From Ylistrum balloti (taxonomy: Eukaryota), in assembly GCF_031769215.1 (NCBI RefSeq), contig NW_026782320.1, positions 62,001 to 126,000 on the forward strand: a stretch of DNA of 64,000 nucleotides. The letters are read 5' to 3'. Of the stretch, positions 12,400 through 24,385 are shown one piece after another; the stretch's first letter is position 1, and the number at the start of each line of letters is the position of its first letter. Made by a program: the position numbers and the translations under genes. The notes under the pieces are model-generated. The model was not told the DNA's origin and searched no databases. It saw only the letters and a list, made by a program, of their open reading frames with translations.

Positions 12400-13263
12400 G
12401 AATAAGAATGCCAAATATATCACAAAGAGATCTAAGACATAGATATAAGATGTTGAATAAGTTTTCCTTATATAAGAATAAGTGGAAAAACAGTGGACAT
12501 TCTTAATATCATTGGGTAAAAGATCCCATTCTTTAATACCGTCAGTAAGAAATTGTTTAGAGTAAAACAGATCTATGTTTTGGCACTTGGAAATTGTTTT
12601 CAGAAGCATATCTAGTATTCCTGTTGTGACCATTCCTCACTAGTGATACATTGTTTGACAAATATTCTGGAACAGTCTGGTGATGACATTTAAATAACAT
12701 ACACAGCCTTCTAAATTTGTAATACATATTAATTGGCATCCATCTAAGTTGCTGAAACATTACACTGGAGGGTGTGTCAAAAGGTACATTTAAAGTAATA
12801 CGGACTGCCTGCTGCTGAGCTTTGAGAAGTTTTCCCACTGATTTTTTGTTGCAACCTCACCATACAGTACTACATAAAAAGCGAGGGAAAACACAAGAAT
12901 TAAAAAACCTAAGTTTACCTTCAGTAGGTAGATATGGACTAATGCGTCGTAATAAACCAAGTCTTAGTCTAATCCTAGATACAACAAATGCAATATGACT
13001 TGACCACGTAAGCCCATCATCAATGTTTTCACCAAGTAGTTTATCATTACAAACCTGTTCTAAAAGTTCATCACACATAAAAAAGTTTAAGATTTAATTT
13101 TTTTCTCCTTTGTTTTTGCTTTGATGAGATACACATACATTTGGTTTTTTGTACATTAATCATCATTCTGTTATCTACACACCATCTACTCACATTGTTT
13201 ATCTTCCACTGACTTACCAACAGCAGACAACGTAGAATCATCAGCATACATATCAGTGCTTGA
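12400..13263 (-). mobile_element. 5'-truncated CR1/L2-type LINE, RT C-terminal part
   Basis: Minus-strand MYADDSTL, KLLGENIDDGLTW..HI, RLGLLRRI, QLRWMPI, GIKEWDLLP; several frameshifts. Confidence 0.85.
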
Positions 13264-13377
13264 TAAACTCGAGTGTTGAGATTGGACTCGAATGCGAATC
13301 GAACGCATCGAAGTGCGACCCATGGATTGAGGTCAAGAGTATACTCTCCATTTACCGAGGAGTGAAAAAGAAGCAAG

Positions 13378-15083
13378 ATGGCCGACGACAGGCAGCGCAG
13401 GTAAGCTGCAAAGTTCTAAATTTTAATATATTAAAATTATCTGTTCAAATGACCAAACTATATCAGGAGAACGCTTTTACTGGTGACAGTGTATATATTA
13501 AGACGCTTTGAAAGAAACAACCGGGTTTTTTTCATACAAGGTGAAAATATACTGATATATCGCGTACACGTGTTGCACAGCATGCTAGCATAACCTTTTA
13601 ATATATGGTATGTAAATAAAATAGTTTTATAGCCTATACTGCGTGGTTTAAAAAAGGTATTCGTTTTTTAATTAAAAATATTTTAAATGGATTTTTTTTG
13701 TTTTGTTTCGGCAGAATTATGAAGACAGTTAACGTTGAATATGAGGGTCAACAATATCAGATCAGTTGAAGAAGAACTAATTGCAAGACTGAATCCATTA
13801 GGTAATATATATATACTGTACTTAATCAAATGGTTTTGTATATTGATACCAAATATCGATTAAGGGTCAGGGTACCCAAATCGGATCACATGAGCAGTTT
13901 TCATCCGCTTTTTTCTTAAGTTGCTGAAGAGAAAATTGTCACTAGTGTCAAAAATAGACGATCCAATATTGTATATGCTATGTTAAATTAAAGTTTTCAA
14001 TCATCAATAATATTGTTGTGTGTCAGAAAATAGCTCTTGAAGCTAACGTCGTCTGTATTATATTGCCGACTTCAACATTATTTCAATTTACAGATCAAGT
14101 TATACGTGGGGCAGCAACAGAGCAGTTAGTACGCATGGTGAGAGACATTGCACAAGTTGGGTTATATGTATATATGTTGATGTCTGAGTGACCAATTTTT
14201 TTATCATTAGTAATTATTACAAACCTGCTTTTGTATAGTAATCTTTCATACACTTTATATGTGTACATTTTTCGAATGAAAACAGTAGTAACAAAGGATT
14301 GTGTTTTTTCTTGACTTGATAGCCTAATGCACTTACTGAAGATTGAAGGGAAGTATACATTTATTGATTTTTTTCAATACACCAGATTGTCATTCTTCAT
14401 TAAGTGCAGATTTTCTTTTTACAGCATCATCATCCCATTCTTGCAAATCTACAGATACAGAATTGACATCAGTGTCAAAAGACGATGAGCAACCTGTTTC
14501 ATCCTTATCGGATAACTCGCCAACTAACAGTTTATCTCCAAAGATTTGGAGTGAATCTGAGGCAAAAATACTACTGGACACGAGACTTGAAATGGACAAG
14601 CTGTTCCAAGGATCCACGAATAATAAAACTCTTTGGGGTAAAATAGCAGAAAGAATGTTGCTCAAAACATCCATGTAACTGGCGATCAATGCAACAACAA
14701 ATTCAAAGCCATGAAAAGGGATTATAGGGCAATAAAAGACCACAACGAACAGAGCGGTAATGATAAGAAAACATGTAGGTTTTACGAAACCTTTGATGAA
14801 TGGTATGGCTGCAAAGCTGGAACCAAGCCAACAACAACCTCAGCTAGTTTTGGGTCAGAAGACCAAGAAGACCAGAGTACACAGTCAATTTAAAACAAAA
14901 GAAAAGGAAACTTCGAACAACCCGTCCCCTGCTGTCAGTCCAAATTCAGAATATTTAGATCGTATGGAAAAATGGAAAGATGAGAGAATGCAAACATTGA
15001 AAGCAATGCATGATGATAAGGTTAAACTGCTAGAAAGGTTTTTGGCTGTATTTGAGAACAAATGCAACCACCAAAACCAGTGA
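13378..15083 (+). pseudogene. Multi-exon Myb/SANT trihelix gene (type that partners Harbinger transposases)
   Basis: AAGATGGCC start, exon MADDRQR with GTAAG donor at 13401, acceptors near 13714, 14093, 14386; WSESEAKILL...LWGKIAERM, MKRDYRAIKDHNEQSGNDKKTCRFYETFDEWYG; coiled-coil tail; frameshifted. Confidence 0.7.
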
Positions 15084-15371
15084 GAGAAATACTATGCACT
15101 GATCATGATAAGTAGGATATACATGCTCAAAATATTAAATGTTTTATATATATCTATTTCTTTAAAACAAAAGACTGGCTCTGGGAATTCACTGTTTGTG
15201 AGTTTATCAAATATGTTTAATAGTGTAAAGGGTGTGTCAAATCTGTAAATCTAAACATTCCTGATTACTGTTTGTAAATTTAACGTATATCTTCTGTTAC
15301 AAAAAAAACCTTTAAACTTTGTTACTTCCCAAATGTTACCAAATGTTACCAGAAGGCTTTGTTTTCATTAC

Positions 15372-16001
15372 AGAGACATTTTGGATCTTCCAGAAGAGAT
15401 TGTAGCTGAAATCCTGTCATATTTATCCATGGTGAATATATACTTTCGAAAAATTGTTTTCAGAAATAATAAAAAAAAATTGTGTAGTACAGCAATACCT
15501 GGAAGTAAATACATTGGTTGATTTGCAAAACCTAACATCTCTGAAAATTTTGGATGATTTTAATGTTGAAGCTCAAGACCAGGAATGTGTTTTGCAACAT
15601 TATGCCACAGTTGCTAAAATAGAATAGAATTAGGGGCCTTGCGACGTTTATTCAAAATAGAATTTGTTGGAATAGAAGTTTCTTCTTCCCTGCATCTGCT
15701 TGTACACCATCTATCAAAATTACCGGAGTTAGTAGCATACAGTCAAAGGCACTGTTCAAGTCTCAGTCACGATCATGTATTATTGCTCTTAAAAGCTCCA
15801 GCAATCAAATTTATTGAGGCTAGAGCAAACATGTTAGAAAGAAATGAAAAGATGTGGTGGGCAAATTTGCTGAAACATCTCTGTGGAAAGGTTACATTTT
15901 GTCATCACATAATAGATTCACTGCCCAGAAATATGTTAACAAATCATAGCCAAGCTTATAGCTGGCCATGGCCAACTGGGTTACACTCCTCCACATTGTG
16001 A
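15372..16001 (+). pseudogene. F-box (probably F-box/LRR) gene fragment
   Basis: After an acceptor (TTCATTACAG): ILDLPEEIVAEILSYLS; then LQNLTSLKIL and HLSKLPEL in shifted frames. Confidence 0.55.
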
Positions 16002-16829
16002 AACAACTTTTGCTGAATCCAGTCGGTCATAAAAACAGAGAAATCAATGCATTTTAGAGGACTTGTGTACCATTTTTCATAGTATAGATGAAACATATGA
16101 ATTTGTAATTTGTATAATTTTAATAATTAAAGTTTACGTTGCCCATGTTTTGGGCCCTGAGTATTGAAAATGAAAGAAAATTCGGTGTGACAGTGGAACA
16201 TGCTTTATCAGGTGCAATGTATACAAGTGTAGCAAAATCAAATAAGATGTGCCATCAATATTATTTGTTTTTTTTTTTCTTTTTTGCTGTTATTTTTTTT
16301 ATTTTACTGTTATTTTTTATCATATGTTTTAGATTTTTTTTAGTGAAAACTAAGTACCAGTAAAGTACTTTTTGCTTTTATGTATTGTGCCAAATATTAA
16401 TTTGGTAAAGCATGATGCTAAGGAGGGCTGTTTGACATTTTTTTTAATTCACCAGAAAGATCAATAAATGTATGAGCCACCCAGTTACATTGTTAGAACA
16501 TTTCCTGTGGAAATACTCAATGTAAAGATAGCCACCATGCCAATGATAACCAGGTATCTTGAAGTTTGACATGTTATGAAGATTTATTGTTGAAATAAAT
16601 CTATTTTTTTCCAAAAAATACAATGTCTTTATTATTTATTTGAAGATATTGCAGCATAAGTGAACATAGTCTTTCAAACATGGTACTTCCAAGTTGTATA
16701 ACTTTTCATATAAAAATACTTTGGTAATATGTAATTTTTTTTCTCAGCATATTAAATACCGATAATATTCTGGTTTTACAAAGTCTATTGTCAAACTGTG
16801 TACGATACACTAAACTCTAAACTAAAGTT

Positions 16830-19800
16830 CTTGTATAGTTAACAGGTTGCACTAAGAAGATACGATCCCTTCATTTCTTTCCATTGAAGAATAATGATAT
16901 TTGTAGAAAGTGGACTTCATTTGTAACAACGAAAAGGAAGAACTGGGCCGGAGCCACCAAACATTCAGTAATTTGTTCGAAACATTTCGACAAGTCCTGT
17001 TACCCGGCGAAGTATCAGATCATGGAAAGTTTAGGCCAGTCAGTCCGAAGAAAGGACCTGCTTCCAGATGCTGTTCCATCTATACACGCTTCAGAACCAA
17101 GCCCGATGTCTAATATTACAGAGACGCCACCACCGCCAAAGAAACAAAGAATGGCTTTTACTAAGAGAGAAAATGCTAGGGTAGGTACAATTTAGTAATG
17201 ACGTGCGTATTGGTATTTTCATAATTTTGTTTAAAATTCAGACAACTAGAATTCTAGTCAATGTTTCATTGGTCTATATTACACATATGTATAATGGTGC
17301 CCCAACTTTCTATACTGGGAAGAGAATCAAATATACAGCATGTACATTTAAAGTGAAGGTATTATACCAGTAGAGTGTACAATGTAGCTAGTATATACCA
17401 GTCACACCTATTTGTCTCAAATTTGAACTATGATATGAAATTTTATAAGTCATTAGTATTTTGATTTTGATCATTTGTTTTCCCCTCCAGCTACTGTCAC
17501 AGCATTTCGTAGCAACAGAACTGATGGAGATTGACCATGATGTTGACAATGGTTCGAATAATACCATGGTGTGCGGTATTGAGAGTGATAACTCAACACC
17601 ACATGTAATAATTTGAGGATAAACAATTCAAAGTGCAATTAGTTCATGGAAAGGAAACATCTGACAATTTATTTTAGCACATAGAATCTAAATGGTATTA
17701 ATAGAGTTTGTAACTATGTCCTAGTTTTTAGCATCCATTCCGTAGAAGTTAGAACGAGATTCAGCTTTGTTGGATATATTTTGATATTGATACCAGATCA
17801 GAGTTCATAAAGAAGTATTTGAAAAGTGCTTCATTATAAAAGTCTCATACCTAGATTACAATTAAGCTTGTTTTCTTAAAAGTTGAGAAACTAGTATTTT
17901 TTCTTGATATTACGGAGTCTGATATAGGCAGACAACAGAGAGGCATGGGGCAGAAGGGATACCTATGTAACAGGGTTTTCATGTGTTTTATTGAAGTTTG
18001 TGTATTTCAACGTTTTTTTTAGACACCATCAGGATCAACAACAGCTTTAACAAGAACCTATGGTTGCCAAGTAGGTTTGAAGAAGCCAGCAAGAAGGTCA
18101 AAGAAAATACAAACAAGTTTTAAAACTCATAACCAAGGCACAGTGATTAATCAAAATTATGCATCAGAAATTGATATTGGGTGTAGTTAAGTTTTTGCAG
18201 ATGTATTAACAGTTCATCATATTGTAATGAAGACAGTTCTGTTTGATTTGCGAAAAGGAAGATAAATATACACTCAATCATCTGAGTTAAAATTGCAATT
18301 ATAATATCTTGTTCACAAAACAAATGATTTGTGTAAGGTGTTTGATGGAGTCCCCCCTACATTTTTTTTGCAATTTTTAATGAATTTGTTTTCCAGTACA
18401 CTTCCGAGTTTCGTTAGTAATACACACTTCCGGAAATTTCATCTATCTTGAATCCTGATGTTAGTATTATGACCTTGTTTGCGGTGCTTATGTAAACTGG
18501 TACAACCTTTTCTTCAGTTTTTTTTTAATTCTTGCATCTGCATTATGGATGGCGGATTGTTAAATAGTTACACTTTACTACCACTCTCTGCTCCAAAGGA
18601 ACAGGTGCAGCCCAATGTTACGTTGCTGTAAAGGTGTTGAATAGGAGAAAGTTATCATATTCTGAGCTCAGAAAAAAAGTGTTTTCATTCTCTTAGTGTG
18701 TTACACCACTTCTATCATTTTTCGTTATTGTAGTATGTCAGACGACATCCAATGAATGCAAGTCTGTGGCCATCCAGTGTGATATTATAAAACCAGAACA
18801 AACGTCAAACACCAACATGTGCGAGGACCACAATCTTACTTTTGATCATGACGGCACAGAGGACAATGGAGATATGGATGACCATAGTCCCCAAGAAGAC
18901 TTGTTTGACAGTTCATTTAATGCGTCATTTCAGAGTGAAGCAGATGAAGATGTTGACTCTGATAGCAACATAGATGATGAAAGGTGATTTTTTACACAAA
19001 AATGCTGTTGTGTATTTTTTGCTCTAGAGAAAACTGTCACAAATCGTTTTTGCTCATGAATAATATACAGTAATTACAAAATGAGATACTACAAACAAAT
19101 CAAGCCATGGGAGATGTTTTCATTAATTGTTATGATCAATTGTAAAGTTAAAGGATTGTTATTAAAGGTCGCTAGACCTCTGTGTTAAAAAGGTTTGTGG
19201 TATGTTGATGTGGTTTAATTCAAGGGTCATAATTAGTAACATTTTACCACATAATGGTACTTGTACATCTTCATCTATATCACTTTCTTTATCCCACCAC
19301 CACTTTTTGGATCTCTTGTGTTATTACTAAGGCTAAATTATTACTCAGTGCAAGTGCCTTTCGTTGGCCTGGCAAATTATGACAAAATACACTGCCCAAA
19401 CCAAGAATTTAAAGTAAAATGATTTTTTTTTCAGGGATGATGGAAGAGACAGAAAATTTTAGGTTTACGAATCAGAACTCCTAAAATTATTTTCAGCATG
19501 CCCAAGATGCTCCAGCCCAACATTTGGACATATTCAACAGCTGCGCGGTACAGCAGTGAAAATTCTACAGGACTGTGGTTTTTGTTCCTATACCAATGTT
19601 TGGAAGAGCCAACCAATGATCGGGTCAATACCAGCTAGAAACTTACTGCTTTCATGTGCAATTCTGTTTTCTGGGTCGCTTCCAAGCAAATCACTGCGGA
19701 TGTTCAACTTTATGCACATGGCCACAATATCTTGCGATACATTTTTGCAACATCAGAAGTATTTTCTTCAGCCAGCCATATTGCAAGTTTGGAATGACCA

Positions 19801-22800
19801 TCAGCAGTGCTATTTGGACAGTGTGATTCAAGAAAATAGGGAAATTGTATTGGGAGGAGATGGACGTGCAGATACCCCAGGCCACTCTGCAAAGTATGGC
19901 AGCTTCACAATGATGGATTTAGATGAATCCAGAGTAGTCGATGTGCAATTGGTTCAGGTAATTGTTTTAAGTCCACCTGTCAGCTGAAAGCTCTTGTTCT
20001 ATTGCGATCATGTTTTGTTTTCCCATATGGAAAAAAATGGGCCAGAAATGGCCCCTTGGGGGCCTGCAATGGGCAAACAGAGGCCATGTGAACTTGCAAA
20101 TGTGAAGTAAATCTGTCCATACATGTTACTAGAAAATCTGTGATTTGTTTTGTACTATTATCATATGATTCCATCATGGGAGTGTAACGTAGACAGAAAA
20201 ATCTCCACCTGAGGGTTGAGATTTTTTGTTCACTTTACAACCCCACAATTGATTTTCTCCCACACTCATGATGCTGAAAACCTTGTTTCAGTGTTGGATA
20301 CTAATTTTTTTGTGAATGAGATTGTGATGTCATTTGGCAGTTTTTGTGACATCATAGCATGTTTAAGCAGTCATTTCCCTAGTGGCTGTAAGACAGCTTT
20401 GTCTTTTCACAGGTAAATCCTTTTGGAAGTGTTGGGAAAAAAATCAAATAAATCCCTTGCCTTTACATTCAATTCATTTATCAATTTCACACATTCTATT
20501 TTTAGAGTAACGAAGTCAAAAGTAGCTACCACATGGAAAAAGAAGGGTTGATCACAAGTGTGAAGACCTTCAATGACGCTGGAATTACTATACAGAAGAT
20601 TGTTACAGATCGTCATGTACAAATTTTGAAATGGGTCAGGAAAATATGCCTAAAACAAAACACTGTGTAGATATCTGGCATGTAGCAAAGGGTAAGTTTT
20701 CAACAAAAAATGCTTTTTCATATAACACTCTTGGTTGTTGAAGTACTCCTATACTAAGTGTAATTTAAGTTTGATATGTAAGTCATTTTTAGATAGTTAA
20801 AATTGTTTATGAAGACCCAGGTTTAGAGGAAAACTGTCCTTTATAGACAGTTGTCCTTAGTATAGAGGTCAGTTACATTGCAAACTGCACCGGGTTGGTT
20901 TAATCAATCTATCCACCATACAAAGGTATGCTGCAAAGCAGGTTTGACTGTAGACAACTGCATAATGGTTTGATAGCTGAATATTTCTCACTAATTTTGA
21001 CATGTTTTTTTATTACTAGGATTAAAGAAAAAGTTTTTTTATTACTAGGATTAAAGAAAAAACCGACAGCAATATCCAAGGATAAAGATTGTGATGCATT
21101 AACACCTTGGATAAAGGGTATCAGCAACCACCTTTATTGGGTAGCTGCATCAACTCCGTCTGCAGATCCTTAACTAATGATGGAAAAGTGGCAGAGTGCA
21201 GCAAACCATGTACAAAACATACATGAAGGTCATGGATCTCTGTTTGAGAAGTGTTGTCATGGTGACCTGTCCGGTAGAGAAAGGCAGAAGAAATGGATTA
21301 AACCAGGTATTTGACAATACCATTTATTTCAGAAATTAACTTCAACTTGCATAACAATGGTAGGGAAAATGTGTTGGGTCAAACGAATAATGGACACAAA
21401 TTCTATGGACATGTTTTGTGAAAATAATCCATGACCATAGAAGAAACATTAATTATTGAAAATTTCAGTCCATTAATTAATCATAATTTTGAAATGAACA
21501 TCAACAAAGTGAAAAGTAACTAGTTATTTCCTGTTAAAATTATTGAACTCTCTTTACAACAACCAAGGTTAGTGAAAGACTAGATGATGTCATTCTCTCC
21601 AACCAGATGAAGAAAGACATTCCTATGTTGTCCACAGGACAACAGACTTCCAGTATAGAGGCTTACCATTCTGTCATAAATCATTTTGCACCAAAGATGA
21701 TTGGGTTTTCATACCATGGGATGATATTGATATGTATGTGTGTGTCAGAGAAGAAAGGATCCAATTATAAAGAGATTTCCAAATACCATAAAATTTAAGA
21801 TTTGTGAGCTCCTTAGTTTTTAAGGGAATATAGACTTCAAATTCCTAGTATTACTTTTTCCACAATTAAGCTATGATCATCTAATTTTGTAGATTATTTA
21901 CACTTATACTTTGTGCTTGATTCAATGCCTACAACTCGCATTTTTTACACAGCTCTTGGTAAAGATTCACGTTGGAAGTATAACTTGTCTTTGAATTTGG
22001 AGTATGTCAATGACATTTGATGTATACCATGACTTACCTATACTGCATGAAGTTTAATTTGTACAGTAAATGTGATGCAATGGAACATATAATCAACTTA
22101 TATATTTTCCATTATATTTCACTACAGGTTGCAGTTAGCAGCCCTTCACTTTAATGAAAACCGCTCCAGATTACAAGCAGTTGATAAAGACGGTGTGTTG
22201 CGTTACCGCTTGGAATTTCCCAGATATAAAAAAGGAGAACATATCGTCAGGAAAGTCAAAGTTCATATCACCTTTGGTAAGTTTTATGTATAGACTTTTA
22301 ATTATTAGTATTAATACATTTGCTTCTCGTGTATAAGTTTCAGTATGTAGCCAGGTGATAGAATACATCATTTTAAATCATCGCGCGTAAAGCAAGTATG
22401 AAAGAATGTATGTATGTGCACGTCGAGCACGGACTTCACGTCCTCTGTCCAGTCACCGCCAACTCCCACCAAGAGCCACCACACTCGCACAGCATCACTC
22501 AGACAGTCAACACGTAGGCTAACCTGTCAAATCTGAAGCGAGAGCACCAAAGCCGGCGTCCCTGGTAAGCTTAATTAATATAAGTCACATTAATATATTG
22601 TAATCTTCAAACTATAAATACATTCCTCATAATTTACCGCAGTGTGCAAGGTGTGTGAGTGAATGTGTATTTATAATTGTATTTTTAATTTTAGGTCTTC
22701 TTCAGACAATTAAATCATTTTCCAACCGAAGAAGGGGTTTTGGTAGTCTATCCACCCACGGTTACAAGTATATTATCTTAAGCTGCCTATCGTGACCTGC

Positions 22801-23118
22801 CAGACATTTAAGCGCACTCTTAATCAACAGAATAACCAGATGTGTCATTTGAATGTTTTTAGATAATTGTAACTTTTCTCTAGATGTACAAATCGAATGT
22901 ACAGTTAAAATATGAATAATGAAACATGCATTTTTTCTTTCAGATTACCTGGAAAATCTTACAGAAGTTGTCATGAGCATGGCAGAAAGATCTTCACTAG
23001 CAAAGCAACGAATTCCTATTCCACCCACAGTTCCTCCACCATTGTGTATGACTTTCTTCACCCAGATATGTCGGATGCCATAGCAGGAATGCATTCAAGA
23101 TTTTCTATGAACTTTTGA
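16830..23118 (+). pseudogene. THAP-domain DDE transposase, Kolobok-like (Mutator-like fold), at least 8 exons
   Basis: THAP (SLHFFP...W...VICSKHF...DAVPSI); exons 19435-19957 (GGDGRADTPGHSAKY), 20506-20691 (HMEKEGL, VTDRH, DIWH), 21049-21306, about 21560-21725 (TSSIEAYHS), 22128-22276 (AALHFNEN), 22944-23118; stops and frameshifts; TIRs not found. Confidence 0.75.
22346..22806. mobile_element. Candidate solo LTR in a transposase intron
   Basis: TGT...ACA ends with imperfect inversion (TGTAGCCAGG / CCTGCCAGACA), GC-richer than the intron, internal donor/acceptor-like sites; no TSD seen. Confidence 0.3.
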
Positions 23119-23368
23119 ACTTCATTTTTGAAGTGAATACTTACCCTGCCGGTACAAACGTACCAATTTGATTTATGATGCTATTTTTTTTCTGAAATCC
23201 ACATACCTATGACGCTTACATTTGTTATTTGTATTTTTTGCCTGTTGAATTTTGTTGTAAAATGAAAATATTACATAGAACAGCAAAACAATACAAAAAA
23301 TATTTATTACGATTTTAAATAAATATACAAAATATCACAGAGACTTTTGTCATTTATCCCAAGAATTT

Positions 23369-23845
23369 TCATGCTGCACGCTGGAAGCCAGTATATTCAT
23401 CATCTTCAGCTGGGAAGTTGCTCCGTACTTTGCTGACAACACAGGATGGAATTGGAACCCTCACTTTCCTGCCCAAATAACCAAAGCACCACCTGACCAG
23501 TTGTCTGTAGGCAACATACCTACGTCGGCCGTAAAATAATGTAGGAATTTTAAATAACACCACAGCGCAAGAAATTCAATTTTACAGGAATATATATCAT
23601 TTACAAAATGAAATTTTATGCTGGGCAATTAAAATGTGTAAAAGCTTTCAAGTTGTTTTTTCCTGCAAAAAATCAGATCTTTGAATTCCTTGTAGAGATT
23701 CTAAATCACAATGAAACTTATCCGACTTGAATTTTGTAAAAGTGTTTGTTTGAGACAGTAAAGACTTTGTAAACATTCCTGTAAACAAATACTTACTCTG
23801 GAGTGTCTTCCATTTCTTCCCCATACTGCTGTAGTACTTACTGAT
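23369..23845 (-). pseudogene. Accessory gene with similarity to the P2X7 C-terminal ballast domain, convergent with the transposase
   Basis: RRRYVAYRQLVRWCFGYLGRKVRVPIPSCVVSKVRSNFP...YTGF; upstream mini-exon QQYGEEMEDTP with GTAAG donor near 23795; acceptor mutated (TTTTACGG). Confidence 0.7.
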
Positions 23846-24385
23846 TTAATCTAATCTGCATTATGTACACAATATAGTTTCATATTTGTTACATATACAC
23901 TGTAAAAGAAATTGACCAGGAAAGAAGTGAACTTGAAAATTGTAAAGGTCAAGGGTCAACTGAAAGCTGTAGTTTTGTTGATCAGATTTCGTTAAATACA
24001 TTGTTAGGGCATCATATTTTTTGTTTAAATCAAGACGAGCCCTGATTTTTCTGTTGAAATGTTAATTTTTTGGCTTTGAGAAAATTACAGTGGATTCTAC
24101 ATAACTGCAACTATTCTTTTGTCAAGAAAATAGAATAAGTTATAAAATGAAGATTTAATCCAATTATAATAAAAGAATAAGACTGTTTCATAATTTAGAA
24201 AAAAAAAATGACAATGGAATTTGATTTATTATTAGGTTATTGGACCTCTCTTTCTAAATAGTATTTACCTTCTTTATTTGAGTCTTTTTTGCACAATCTC
24301 TAATGAGGATCCACGTAATTTGTTTTGTTGGAAAAAATATTATGTTGAGTAGTCATATTTCATAGCGCAAGTAAATATTTACTGG

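Noticed and set aside
16400-16830. TTAA-flanked TIR for the Kolobok-like element
   Set aside because: No matching inverted end found here or near 23850-24380.
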